Shown here: positions 1-13,702 of the stretch, piece after piece
How positions within the stretch are numbered: position 1 is the first letter of the stretch
Layout: each line of letters starts with the position of its first letter
Source: Chrysomallon squamiferum
Taxonomy: Eukaryota > Animalia > Mollusca
Reading direction: 5' to 3'
Assembly (NCBI GenBank): GCA_012295275.1
Contig: CM022667.1
Coordinates: 20,956,001 to 21,020,000, forward strand
DNA: 64,000 nucleotides
Program-made: the position numbers and the translations under genes
The notes under the pieces: model-generated
Seen by the model: only the letters and a program-made list of their open reading frames with translations
Databases searched by the model: none
What the model was told of the DNA's origin: nothing

Positions 1-1140
1 CTTTTTTTTTTTCTTCTAAATTTTAATTTGTATCAATAGCTTGAGTTGTCAGAAACAGAACTATAGAGCATACTATAACACACACTGCAAATCAATCACC
101 CATAACATTATTTTTATTTTCGGAAACACCATGGGTATTACTAAAATTGCAATTAATGACTGATAAAGAATAATAAATACAGACAAACAGAGAGCAAACA
201 GTGTATCAAAAATGTAATAGACCACTGACTTTTCTGAATACAGGTACAGCCTAAGACAAATCTATTCAAAACACAGTAATGAAAAAAAGACACTATACAA
301 GTTCACAATGATTTAATCAGATGAGATAATTTCCAGTGACGTCTTCTGGATTGTTATACTGAATTAAAATTGTTTTAAAAAGAAAAAAAAGAAAAAATGG
401 TTTGAATATTATTTAAAATAGGTGTGTTATTTCACTAATATCAGTATCTGACATCACCAAGTCTAACATGATTTTCAAGTCTTCATACAAAAGGTTTAAA
501 AAGTTGAACAATACAAAGGAGGAAAAAATATAAAAGAAAATAATAATAAATATCTAAATAATACAAATGTTAAAAAAATATATATATATTTTGAATTAAA
601 AGTATCCAGATATAAAGTATAAACTATTTTACACCTCAAGGTGAAAACTGGTATGTAAAATTTTAAATAAAAAAAGTTTTAACATCAATATCAGTTTAAA
701 TTTACAATTTCTCTTCGTTCTCTTTAGATACTTTTTATTATCTTATAAATATAAATAAATAAAAGGGATAAAATTGTTAGACGTTTCAGAACAACTTGTT
801 TAACAATTACATGTAAGATTAAGGTGATAAAAACACATATCTGCACTAGTGTCAGTGAATACATAAATTTTTCAGATAACCTCAGCTTACCTGAGATAAC
901 AACTTTCTACATGAGCAGACCAACACTGTAAACTTTACTAATATTTGTATTAGTATTAACCACTTACAAGACTAATGTGAACAATAAAAAAATCTTGAAA
1001 TTAATAAAATATATCATTATAATTCATTTCATTGTTCATTATTAACTGTTAACTTACGTCATTACAATAAATTAACATGACTCTGCGTGTGATATGATTG
1101 TATGGCTCTTTCATTTCAAATATAAAAAATTCAAATGTAA

Positions 1141-1310
1141 CTGAGATTGGAAGGAACATATATTAGGATGAATGAAACCAGGATACTGATGAAGAAATAT
1201 TAGAAAAATATGATATAAAGGAAAATGGAGATGTATATGGACAGAGGATATAAGAAGATGATAAAACAGAAAAATGAGGAATGGACCAGAGAGAAGGGTT
1301 AAAGTGATAT
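1141..1310 (+). mobile_element. Possible RTE-like LINE 3' fragment
   Basis: Purine-rich, frameshifted peptides WKEHI / RMNETRIL / WTEDIRR recall the C-terminus of RTE-type reverse transcriptases. Weak. Confidence 0.3.
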
Positions 1311-2663
1311 AATGAAATGATGAAAGCAAGCATTCCAAATATGAAGTCTATTAATACAGAAATACATTCTGTTACAATTCTCAGCATATTCAAGTATTAC
1401 TCTGAGTTCACAATATGCCTGATAACGTGTATTTTGTTTTTAAGTCACTGTATTTATATTTTAGTAACTACATTTAATTAGTAATTAAACACGTAAGTAT
1501 TTATATTTTGCCATAACTAAAAGGAATTATACATTTATTAGCATATACACCAAAATACATTTATAATAATAAACGTAAAACAGTTTAACAACATAACTTA
1601 TTAATGACAGGGTATTTATTTACATTTATACGCAAACAAAGTTATCGTCAGATAGCGACTACCGTGTTATCTTCTACTCAAATCATCGCAAGCTTATCAG
1701 AATACAGTGAGAACCAAATTAGGTAACACACAGGATAAAAAAATAATAATTATAAAAAAATAATATTTATTTTTTTATTTATTATTTTAAAGTTTAAATT
1801 TTACATATCCAGTTAACGTATGCTCTGTTTTGGTCGCAAAGAGATCGCCATATTTATTTATTCGTTTTTTGATTCCTGCCAAAAATTGACGTTGATCCTA
1901 TTCTTTAGTCTCTGCACCGAACGTTTTGTTTATTTTCGAGGTTAAACGTTTCTTCCTTTTCCTGAAACACTGCATAAAACAACCGCATACGCTTTGAAGA
2001 CTAGCATTTGTCTGTGCTTTAGTGATTTGTCACACATGCACAGATCACAAGTGCTGATCTAATACTATTAATGGAAACGTTTGGAAATATATTTTTTTAT
2101 TTCTCCTTTCCACTTGTTGTAATAATCCATTTAAATGATTCATTCACCTTTTTTAAATTACAAATATTACAATTCCTTTTCAACATTTAATAGCATGAAA
2201 GTAAAACGATTCCCTTTAATAAATGTGAACTGTCACTATAATAAACTGAACTCTCTCATATTAATTTTACCTGATATTATTTTCTTCCATATGACTGGAT
2301 TTAGAAAATCACACATAATGTGAGAGTGGCCTGGTATTCCGTCAGTGAACTCGGTGAAAGTACCATTATTGTTATAACAAAATAACTACTTGCTTTAACG
2401 TGTTATTGCGTACGCCAATTTATAAACCAGCTCATAATACCGTATTGATACTTTTCAGCCGCAAGAACTGCAGAAGATTTAATAAGAACATCTTACAAAT
2501 ATATAAATAGCTCTTGTTTACAGAATTGGTAGCACATGGGATAAATATTCGAAATACGGCAACAAGGTATAGGCAACTAGGTATACTAATAGAGACTTCA
2601 AGGTCCCACACGAGTAATTATATATATATTATATGTATTTGTGTGTGTGTGTGTGTGTGTGTG

Positions 2664-2702
<39 letters not shown>

Positions 2703-2795
2703 ATTGTATTGTATGTGTTTGTGTGTATATATATATTAACTGGACTCTAAAGATGTTAAAGAAGAGAAACATTACAATAATGACAAATAACTAAC

Positions 2796-2909
2796 CTTTA
2801 CTTTTCTTTTAACTTCGTTGTCTGCATCAATTATACTGGTTTCACGAGCATCAGAAATGAGAAATTCTGTTACAGAGGGATCAACGTTGGTGTCCTTGTA
2901 GAGCGCCAT
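2796..2909 (-). CDS. Candidate first coding exon of an unidentified gene running off the left edge
   Basis: ATGGCG start, open 38 codons MALYKDTNVDPSVTEFLISDARETSIIDADNEVKRKVK, then AAG|GTTAGT donor. A CpG-rich promoter-like stretch lies at 2910-3190. No family recognised. Confidence 0.4.
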
Positions 2910-3365
2910 TCCGTCACTTACTGAAAGGATTATTTCGCGCTATCAGCTGATGTGGGTAACACTGCTATAGTCTGTTCTCATATTTCTTTAGCGGGTAGAT
3001 TAGTACAAAATACCTACACTATAATTAAACGTACGCTTAGTTCAACATTCTGGTTGAGGTGAGTTGGCGTCAGAAATTCACGTGTGGATGACGCTTGAGC
3101 CAGGGCTACTACTGTAGGGCTACTCCTGTAGCGGTAGTACTATCACATTTCAGCCAACTGTTCTACCTACTGTACAACTCTTCAGCGTGCTTACACTCCA
3201 TTTGTTTTTTTTGTTTTTAATAATAATAATAGAATAAATAGAAGAATTTAAGAAGATAACGAATCTATATTCTGTTGTTGTACGTGACAAAACTTGTTTG
3301 TTAGCGGTTTTTTTTCAAATATTTTATGCAGATTATCTACTATTCTATTAGCCTAAACAAATACA

Positions 3366-3396
<31 letters not shown>

Positions 3397-4308
3397 GTGT
3401 GTGTGTAGAAAATATGTAGGCCTAAATGTTTCATATGGACTACAAGGTCAAAGTAAAAGGTCAAAACATAAAACTACCTCAGTGCAGTAAAACCATTTTA
3501 CATGATGGTAAAATGTGAACATTATCTAAACTAAACTTACTAATTAACAAGAACAAATGAAAACCCTCAGAGATGTAACTAATATACGTAAAGAAAAGAA
3601 AAATCTACATCTCAGCGATAAAAAGATCAGTGGACCCCGCTACACGTGCGGTGCACAGTAACCACTGAGTTAATCTAACAACAGTGTGAAACGATTTCAG
3701 TCGAAATCTACAGTCTTTATGTGTTTAATTATCAAACAACGGTTACATTAAATAGCTTGTCAGGTCCAATATTACATGTGTGACGAATTTAATTATTCAG
3801 TTTCTAGTATTACTAAAACAACACCGAGTTCAGTTAACAGAATCTTATTTTCAGATAATATCGTATTATGGTTTGCCTTTTCTTTCCTAACCAAGAGTCA
3901 ATAAAGATGATACAGCAAGAAGGGACAGCTAACTAAACACTAGACAAATAGCAATCTGCAGACGATACCTTTATTTTTACTTCTGTTTTTTAGTCAGTGT
4001 GAATGATAAAATAACTGAAATGACACGCACGCACGTTTCCTTTTTCTTTTTCTTTTTTCTTTTTTTTTTTGCTCTGTAACAATGAAAAGCTGTTTAAACT
4101 AGCAAACAGCAAATATTTCCTCAGATGTTTGGTCCAACAACTGAAACTAGATTTTATTATCGCGTGCAGATAATATCACTGTTGTTTGTTATTCTTTTTT
4201 TCTTCTTTTTTTTAATTTTAATATTTGTTACTTTGTTCATTTTAACTTGGCGTACAGAAGGTAATAATTCGAAATTTCGATAAATATTGTTTATTTATTA
4301 TCTCTGTC

Positions 4309-4343
<35 letters not shown>

Positions 4344-4346
4344 TTT

Positions 4347-4419
4347 TTTTTTTATCTAATATTCTTAGCCAATTAAAGCCATGGAGGCTTTAATTGGCTA
4401 AGAATATTAGATAAAAAAA
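4347..4419. repeat. Perfect 34-bp palindrome with 5-nt loop
   Basis: tttttttatctaatattcttagccaattaaagcc-atgga-ggctttaattggctaagaatattagataaaaaaa. Confidence 0.95.
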
Positions 4420-6451
4420 TAGGTGAGAAGTTTCAAATCAACTTCTATCAGTATCGCAGGCCCTGTTCGTAATTTATTTATTTATTTATCTATCTATTTA
4501 TTCATTTATTTATTTATCTATTTATTCATTTAAGTTTGTTCTTTTCAAGTGTAAAACATAAACCATCGATATTTTAAAACAAATTTATTTATTTATAATT
4601 TATTCATTAGCATGTGTTTGAAGAAATACAGCCAAATGATTTATTTATAACACAAAAGGATTAGCTGAAATATGACCTTGCTGACTCGCGCGTGGCGAAG
4701 TAGGCTTGTAATAAAGACCCACATACACAAGTTTGTGTAAACCAGTCTACTACGCTGGTGTAATGCATCATAACGATTATTGATAATTTTTTAAAATAAG
4801 TTAGAAATTAGCTAATACAAAGCGTATAACAAATGAATCGATATGGTTTGCGTCATTTATTATTATTATTATTATTATTTTTTTTTAATTATTGTTTATT
4901 AACATTACATATTATTATTATTATTATTATTAGTTTACTTTTATTATTTTAACAATAGAATTTTGTTCCCTATGATGGAGTTTATTATTATGCTGTTATT
5001 ATTCAAAATTTGAATTGTTTTATTTAAATTCACTTCATCATATCTTGATGATGATTTTTTTTTGAAACTGGAAACAAAGTATGAACTCAAATTAAACAGA
5101 CCGCAGAGAGATTGCCCAAGGTTCCAAAATAATCAGTAAATATGAAGTAAAGCAACATTTTTATCACATATACTAAATCTTTACTTTAATTTTAATTATA
5201 TCTTTTTCTGCATATAATAAATTAATGCCACAGAATTTTAAATAAATCTATCAAATAAACTTTTAAATTATTATTATTACTACTATTAAGATTTGAAGAT
5301 AACAATTGTTTTTCTAACAAGAACAGCAACAACAACAACAACAACGATAATAATAATTATAATAATAATAATAGTAATTTACCTGATTAGGCAAAGCTGA
5401 ACATCTGAGAATGACTGGGTTTGACATAGTTCAGAGATGTTTAGCACGCCAGGCGATATTTAAAACAGACAGCTTATTTCTTCGTTTAAGTATCAAATAT
5501 TATTCAATAAATTTATTATTTATAGAGGTCATGTGTAATTGTTATTTTTGTTTATTTGTCACATGTGAATGGACAAAAAGGCACTGAAGTAATCAAAATA
5601 TTTTTTTTTTGATTATATGATTCTCCGCCCACTGTAATAGGTAAGAGTCTTAGCTATTTTTCGATTGGTTGATTCCTAATGTTCTTAACCAATTAGAGTT
5701 TACCTACAAATCAAGAGCGCAGCATTCCTGCAGACCCGTAACGAGAACTGATAAATGATATTTAAAAGAAGGAGAAAATTAATTATTATAAAATATTAAA
5801 ATAATAATAAATAAAGAAAAAGAAAGAAAAAGGTAATCACTAAGATAAATACGAAGAAAAAAGTAGAAAAGAAATGTGTATGTGCTACGATATTAACTTG
5901 TTTCTGATAAATATTCTGAACAGTAATAATACAAGAATATTTATAGATTTCAGGTTTCTCTTCTTTAACAAAATTTTTCAGTAATTACAGAAACATATTT
6001 ATACAAGGTAATAATTAGTAGTTTGCAGACATTTCAATCGCACTAGAGGTTCCAGCACTATCAAAGTGTGCAAATGTTCAGTTCTTATTTACTCCTTATC
6101 ATTCAGTGACTTCTCAACGCTCTAAACGCTCTCATTGAAAACTAAGCCCCGGATTTCAAACATGTCTGAGAAGAAGCAAGGAACATAAGTCACTTTAAAT
6201 TTTAAAATAATTTCTTACATTTACAATAACTTGTTTTTATTAATCGTCGTAGTTACTTAATTAATTAGTAGCTGATAATGTGAACTGAAAATTGATGGGG
6301 GTTTTTTGGTGCGCGATTGAATTTCAAAATGTCGGGTGTTGCCGGGATAAAACAAAGTTGAGAAATACGGTGACAGACCTTTGGATTGTTGTGTGTAACT
6401 TAATCCTCTGAGATACTAACACCGACGTGTCGCTGTGTATGTATGTGTGTG

Positions 6452-6490
<39 letters not shown>

Positions 6491-6856
6491 ATATTTTTTT
6501 TTCATTCTCTTTGTATCTGCATACTGACGCTGTAATATTTGGTATGCAAATGTGTGTGTGTGTGTATGTGTTTGGTAATTCTCTTCAAAGAGACTGTAAT
6601 ATTCGGTCTAAATCAATAGTTTAACAATGTAAAAAAAACTTCTTCTTTTTTCTACCGTTTGTCAATGTTACTTTCTCTTAATAATCTCTTTTACTTCCTC
6701 TTCAAGTATCTCTATTTTTCAGTGTAAGAATGTAAGATACTATCTTTTTTCTGTCTTTTAACAACACCTCTTGTTTACTCTCTTTCTCCTTTGCTAAAAA
6801 TGTGTTTTTTTAAATAACCGATGTATGACGATTTAATATAAATCAAATTTTAATTT

Positions 6857-6860
<4 letters not shown>

Positions 6861-6912
<52 letters not shown>
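6861..6912. repeat. (GA)n microsatellite
   Basis: Direct reading. Confidence 0.95.
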
Positions 6913-6918
<6 letters not shown>

Positions 6919-7003
6919 TTTTGAATGAATTGCAAATAAAGCAATTCTGATCAAATGAAAACAGGGTCACATCGGTTATTTAAAAACTTTATCTATCTAT
7001 CTA

Positions 7004-7044
<41 letters not shown>

Positions 7045-7046
7045 AT

Positions 7047-7813
7047 ACTTACGAGTGCCCCATCTTACGGGTTTTTCGAGTTACGAGCAGTAGCCCCGTC
7101 GATTTTTTGCTTTCAGTTGTGAGCCAATATCCTAGATACGATCGAGCTTCAGATACGCCGCCGCTAGTTGGCGCAGCGAACAACATAACAGCCGGCCAGC
7201 ATCCCACGTCTCACTCGTTTACCTCACGTGGTTACCTCGCCGCGGAAGCATCTCTGTTGTGTTGTGCTCGCGTTTTGTGCAGTATTTTGCCAAATTTCTT
7301 TTTTCCTAAGAAAGTGAGTGCAAAGGACAGTGCTGAGAAGAACAGACGGACGAAGTCCATTGAATTAAGGGATGAAATCACAGAAAAACATGAGCGAGGT
7401 GTGCATATAGTCGACTTGGCTAGGCAAGTACGAGCATAGTGCTTCTACTTGTACCATACTGAAGCTGAAGAAGTCGATAAAGGCTGTAACTCCAACCAAA
7501 GGAGTTAAAATTATTTGACTGGTATCCAAGATGAATACACTTTACAAAACCAATTTATTTATTTACATTCTCTATTATTTTGTTTTTATACACTATTTGT
7601 CGTTTATAAATACATTTTTCTTACTTAAAAACACGTTAAAATAATAATAATAATAATAATAAACAATAATAATGGGGTGGGTTTTTTTGGTGGGGTTGGA
7701 ACGGATTAATGGTATTTCAATTAATTTCAAATAGGAAAATTGATTTGATATAGGAACAAACTGAAACACGAGCTCGGTCACGGAACGAATTAAACTCGTA
7801 ATCAAGGTACACT
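7047..7813 (+). mobile_element. Tigger/pogo non-autonomous element, same family as 39073-39520
   Basis: Shares gatacgccgccgctagttggcg...ccggccagcatccc with the other copy. Encodes an HTH remnant PKKVSAKDSAEKNRRTKSIELRDEITEKHERGVHIVDLARQ. Right TIR ctcgtaatcaaggtacactg present; left TIR truncated. Confidence 0.85.
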
Positions 7814-7820
7814 GGTACAC

Positions 7821-7912
<92 letters not shown>
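7821..7912. repeat. (TA)n(GA)n compound microsatellite
   Basis: Direct reading. Confidence 0.95.
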
Positions 7913-7916
<4 letters not shown>

Positions 7917-8522
7917 CAAGCGCGGATTATTATAAATGATTCTGAAGAGTCTTATTTTGTGCATGTGAGTACGTGTTCGTAGTCTTTGAACCCTTCGTTG
8001 AAATAATAATGCTTATTATTACTTTCGTCGCCACGTCGTCAACACTACAACCATTTGTCATATTTACCTTTTTCGTCTACAGCTCTGTTGGTATAACTGA
8101 ATTCTGTGACGTGAACGGACCTCATGATCGATTTAAAGAATGTGAATAAGTAGGGAAGATTTATAAGTAGTTAAATTAATATTAAGCTTTAAATCTAACG
8201 TACCTTCTCAAAGGGCAAGTTTCAAAGAATTTGAAGTTATAAATTTTCCAACCGAACAGCCTGTAACGGAATAAATGCCATACTCAAAATGTTCAAAGAT
8301 ATAATTTGGCGAATATCAGAAAATGTTGTAAATCAAAATGGCCGCACTGTATGAACGGAGGTGTTGGGTAGGCTTGGTACCTATCACCAAGATTCGCAAT
8401 AAATCCCGCTAAGAAAACAACAAGAACAAATATCTTGACACAGTTTCTCTGAAATATTTTATTTTATTTAAAAAAAAAAAAAAATAATAATAATAATAAA
8501 AATAATTTGAAAAAAAGCCCAC

Positions 8523-8606
<84 letters not shown>
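8523..8606. repeat. (AAT)n(ATT)n self-complementary microsatellite
   Basis: An AAT run abuts an ATT run directly. Confidence 0.9.
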
Positions 8607-8607
<1 letters not shown>

Positions 8608-9502
8608 GAATATATATATTATTGTTTTCGGGTTGTTGGTTTTTATTAAATATATATCAAAGTGTTTAAACCTTAAATCTGTATTTCTAATAAATAATCT
8701 ATAATCTATACTTATAGTTTAATTTAAAACGGCAGTAGAACACAATTAGTACATTTTCTTTACATATTCGAAAACAGAAAAAGAAAGAAAAAACAGTCAA
8801 TGTACAAAACAAATAATAATCAGCTGATCTCTGCAGATGTTAAAACTAAAAAGGAAAATATATGATAATGAAGATTTCAGCTTAATCTTACTAACAGTAG
8901 TTATCTGAATTACACTATGTGTTTATGCGATTAGTGTATTTGTGTATATGTCCTACAGAAAGTCACACAGTGTCTGCAGTAGGACTACAATTTTCATTAG
9001 ACGAGTATTTTACTAGTAATCTGAAACTGACTAATCTTGAACTATAATAGTACGCCCTTTCAAAAAAAATAAAGTACTGCTATTACTTGCGCTACTACTG
9101 TTATTACTTCTAGTTCTACTACCATTACTACTAGTATTACTACTACTACTACTACCAGTACTACTAGTATTACTACTACTACTACTACTACCAGTACTAC
9201 TACCATCACCACCACTGCTATTACTCTAAGTTTTATTCTAATAAACAGTCAAACGTTGTAACCCTTTGTGGTAGTAGAAGTTGACATACGATAATAAATA
9301 TTGTTAATCACATACAGATGTTAGAAAAACTAATTAATTTCATGACTTCGCATGTTCTTGTTAAATAGTAGTAATTAAATAGGCCTACAAATATAACACA
9401 AGCTGGTGTTATTTTTATGGTGAAGTAAAAATAAATAAATAATTAAATAAATAAATAAATAAATAACAGATTTCCCACTGAATATTTTTGTAATCTCAGA
9501 AC

Positions 9503-9580
9503 TGACTGTCGTCAACTTACGACTACTTTCCGTTCCGACCAGTTGGTCGTAAATCAAGTTAGACGTAAGTTGGACATCTG
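9503..9580. mobile_element. ~80-bp Tigger-type mini-MITE remnant
   Basis: Inverted ends gtcaacttacga / cgtaagttggacatctg followed by TA; ACTTACG core resembles the Tigger TIRs above. Confidence 0.45.
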
Positions 9581-12500
9581 TATTTATAGAATTCGTGTTA
9601 CAGTATGTAATCAAATTATCTCAGTCTTAAGGCATACATATTATATATATATATATATATCTTTAGTAAACCCATTTAAATTAGTTTAAAACAAACACAG
9701 TTAGCACAATGTACAATAATAATAATAAATAAATAAATAAATAAATATAAAAAAAGTCAAAAAATAAATAAATAATAATAATTAATATAAAAATAAAAGT
9801 CGACCAAAGATTTTACTGTTTTGGTTTAGTTAGTGAAGTCGAATTAAAAAAACAACAACAACAAAAACAATTTTTTAATAAAACTCCATCGAACAAACTC
9901 GCGCGCTACACCAGACTCGAATGTTTACTCGCCGAGATTCTCGCTGCATTCTCGAGCCTGCACATCGAACGCGATATTCGTTTATCAGTGCAGTTTCACG
10001 AACACATGCTCGAACTCTGAAGTTATTTCCGCTAAAATTAGGCATACGCATGCTAATAGATTCTGGCGATGGTGGGCCGTGTTAGTGTTTACAGAACAGT
10101 GATGACCAGAATTACAATTATCATCGTATTTTCCGCAGACGGGTACGGCTTCATAACGTTTTCCTGTTCCCAACTACCATTGTAGGATAGTAGGGTTTGT
10201 TGTTGAGTATGTCATGTTTTGTTTTGTTTTCAGTGCCGACTTCTGCTTAAAGATAATTGTTAACACTTTCCAAGTGGCTGATTGAATGATCGCTAACCAG
10301 TTGATTAGTTTGGAATACAGCCAGTATTTTCTATTTCATGGCAATAACAGCTTAACTAAGAATAAGTATTATAATCCAAGTCTTTAAATTAAAAAACGAT
10401 GTAACAGTTAAGTTCTCTTGAAAAATAATAATTTTAAGATTATAAATTGAAAATAAACAGATTAAGAAATTCCACTCTATTGCAGATAATTGACATTATA
10501 AATATCCTTAAAAGATTAAGTTCACGGAAGAATGAACCGACTTACTATTTTCTTTGAATTCAACGTGTATGTATTTAAAAATTATGATTTTCAGTGATCT
10601 GTTACAAATAAAAATGTAGTTTTCTGCTATCAGGGCGTTTGACACACATAAAGGTGAACACGTTCTGTATGGTTTTTATCAAAATAATGATTGCCAGGCT
10701 TGCAGATTTGGATTAGATACGATAATAATAAAATTGCACCCTCTCCCCAATATATCGACAAAATTAAATTCGCAATATGACTTTAAATGGCATTGTTGGA
10801 AATATGTTAAGCTTTTAATTTTTTATTAGAACACATATTTTTCTGTGATTTTCATCGAAAGTATTATAAATCTGATGCCGAAGTGATCGATTTTAGACTA
10901 TTCTTATTAGCCATTTTAATTTTTTTGTTTTGTTTGTTACTTTGAAGTGTCGGAAAAATATCAGCGCAGTCGTGTTCAGTTTTTTATTTTAAAACGCAAT
11001 ACAATATTAAATATTATAACAAAAATAAAATTGAGCCTGAACACGAATGCCTGTCATAATTAAGTCAAAATATGATTTTATTTATTTATTTAAGTTTTAT
11101 ATATGTGTATATGTAAATTTTCAACAAAGGGACATAACTAAGTCATGCGATCAAGGCAGCAGCAGTTACTATTATCAATAATTTTACACGTGGAATGGAA
11201 GATTTTCTGATTTATCCAAGATTTATTTTTAATTTTCTATTTTTTTTCTTTTTTTTTTTTTTTTTTTTTGGCAATTTGATGTTTTAAATTGTCGATGACT
11301 ACTTTTTCTTAACTTTAATTTTGCACAATATTGTCAGTTTTAGGACAAATGTAAGCAAATTACATTTCGCTTTCCTACTGTAACGGGGAACAAGTTACCA
11401 GTAGATTTACATTGTAAGCTGTTAAAAACCGGATAAATGAATAGCATATCATGAATATTCCTTATTTTATATTTCGTATTTGTTTTTACAGTTAAAACGA
11501 TTCATTATCTGCTAAAACCGAGCTAATTATATTTACAAAATATATCGTGTGATTTAGTGGCGTGACAAGGTTTGTCGCGCTAACCGTGTGTGACAAGGTC
11601 CAAGCTTGTAGATTATTTTTATTTTTAAATTCAAAAACTAAATTTCATTAATACTTAAAATATAATTAAAAATAATAAAATCAGTTATATTTATTTAATA
11701 TCGTTTATTAGATATATCCAATGTGTGTATGTATATAATAATATTTATAATCATAATAATAATAATTATTTTTATTTTCATTATTTTATATTATTATTTT
11801 TTTTTTGAAATCAGTTCTGTTACTATGATTGGTATTAGTTTATTTATACATTTCAATAGACAGAACAAGTTTTGAATTTAATTCTGAGGAGGGTCTTTTA
11901 AAATGTACAGAAAATATTCCTAAAATGTTTTGCTACTGAAAAAACATGAAATAAATAGATCTTTTGTTACATTACATATCATACTCTTAATTTTACTAAA
12001 ATGCTTGTTTAAGACAATATGTATGTGCTTTCAACTATACATGCATCCTCATTTTGGCCTCATTACTGGCATTTATTGTATTTTTGAACTTGTGTTCTGA
12101 TGATAAAGAAAACTTTTGTTTTCATCAAGATGAAACATTTTCCTGTGTGTCTTGTTGAAAGTCTGCTGAACACCTGGTTTGGGTGAAGAAATAGCATTGA
12201 CTGCTGCTAGTTCACCACACCTCATTGTCATGTGATCGTTTCTTATGAAAACACTTAAAACCCTGCACAAAACAGCAACAGAATGTCCAAGACACCAAAA
12301 AGCTACTTCATACTCTAAGGAACAGGTTTGTCCTAAAAAATTCAAACTGTTTGAACTCATACACAATAGATCAAGCTTTAACTATTTGTAACCAAGTTAG
12401 AAATGTAATTAAAAGTAAAAAAAATAAAAAATAAAAATAAATATAAATATAAATGATTATACCTGAATAGTTAATATTTTTATTACGTATTGTTTTTTTA

Positions 12501-12822
12501 ATATCACCCAGTTTTAGTTATTCAGCCACAATACCCAGTATTTTAAAGACTGAAAATATATACTGAAAATCTTGTCAATTTTGCCCATGAACTAATGGGT
12601 TAAATTTCTATGTGGAAGTTCAGGTGTCAAAGGGACAAATTTTAATGATAAATCAATTCAAAACATATGTATATTTTTATTTAGATAATTTTTTGGATTA
12701 AAAACTTTAGTATGGACTCAGTCTATTTGAACAATTTCCTTCAGCTTGCCCAATGTTATAAGTTTATGAACATAATGGAAGCCAAACCTAACTACTACTT
12801 TATGAAAAAAGAACAAAAAGAA

Positions 12823-12877
<55 letters not shown>

Positions 12878-12880
12878 TAA

Positions 12881-12916
<36 letters not shown>

Positions 12917-13199
12917 AGTAATTTAAAGAACATCTGTCACAGCTATTCTAATTTGTTGTTTTCAGAACATAAATGGACATTAATTGAATATATGTGTATC
13001 AGTCCTTTAACAAACTGGTTCCACCAGCATTGCTAACTTCCATAATATCATTTCAGACTTCTCTGCTGATTAAACATATTATTATAATGATTATAAATAA
13101 ATAAAGTTAAAAAAAATCAACAACCGAAACAACTCTGCTTAGCAATATTATTTATTATCATGCTAGATTTTTAACAAGCACTGGCACAAAAAATTGCAA

Positions 13200-13590
13200 C
13201 AGTTAGCACATAACCTGAGGATACAGATATGAAGTAGCAACAAAAACTGAAAGAATTCCTTCAGAGCATACAACTTGAGGCTAATGAAGCAGTATTGTGC
13301 CTGAATGAGTTCCTTCAAATCATGTGATCTGAGAAGGTAAACATAATGTAGCAAAATGACCTGAATGAATTCTTCCAGATCATGTGACCTGAGAAGCAAA
13401 CATAAAGTAGTAACAGATCACATGATTTGAGAGGGCATATTGAAGTAGCAATGTGATCTGAATGAATTCTTTCAGAATACGACCTGAGAATGTGATATAC
13501 AAAAAGCAAGAGAAGCTAAAAATTAACTCTTTAGAGCAATATGATCAGAACAAAACACAGCAGGTGTCCTGAGAGAGCATATAGAATACT
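13200..13590. repeat. Degenerate ~60-bp tandem repeat
   Basis: Recurring units such as cctgaatgagttccttcaaatcatgtgatctgagaagg / cctgaatgaattcttccagatcatgtgacctgagaagc / tctgaatgaattctttcagaatacgacctgagaatg. Confidence 0.7.
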
Positions 13591-13687
13591 AAAATATTTA
13601 ACAAACATTGGCACACCTCATCACTGATGAGTCGTTACTACACATTGCAAATTTTTGAAATTATCAGCCATCACATATGCTTTTCCA

Positions 13688-13702
13688 CCCTGAGAAAACT
13701 TG
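13688..13702 (-). promoter_or_regulatory. miR-125/lin-4 7mer-m8 site with 3' supplementary match
   Basis: Plus strand CCCTGAGA-A-AACTTG versus miR-125 UCCCUGAGA-CCCU-AACUUG. Confidence 0.55.
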
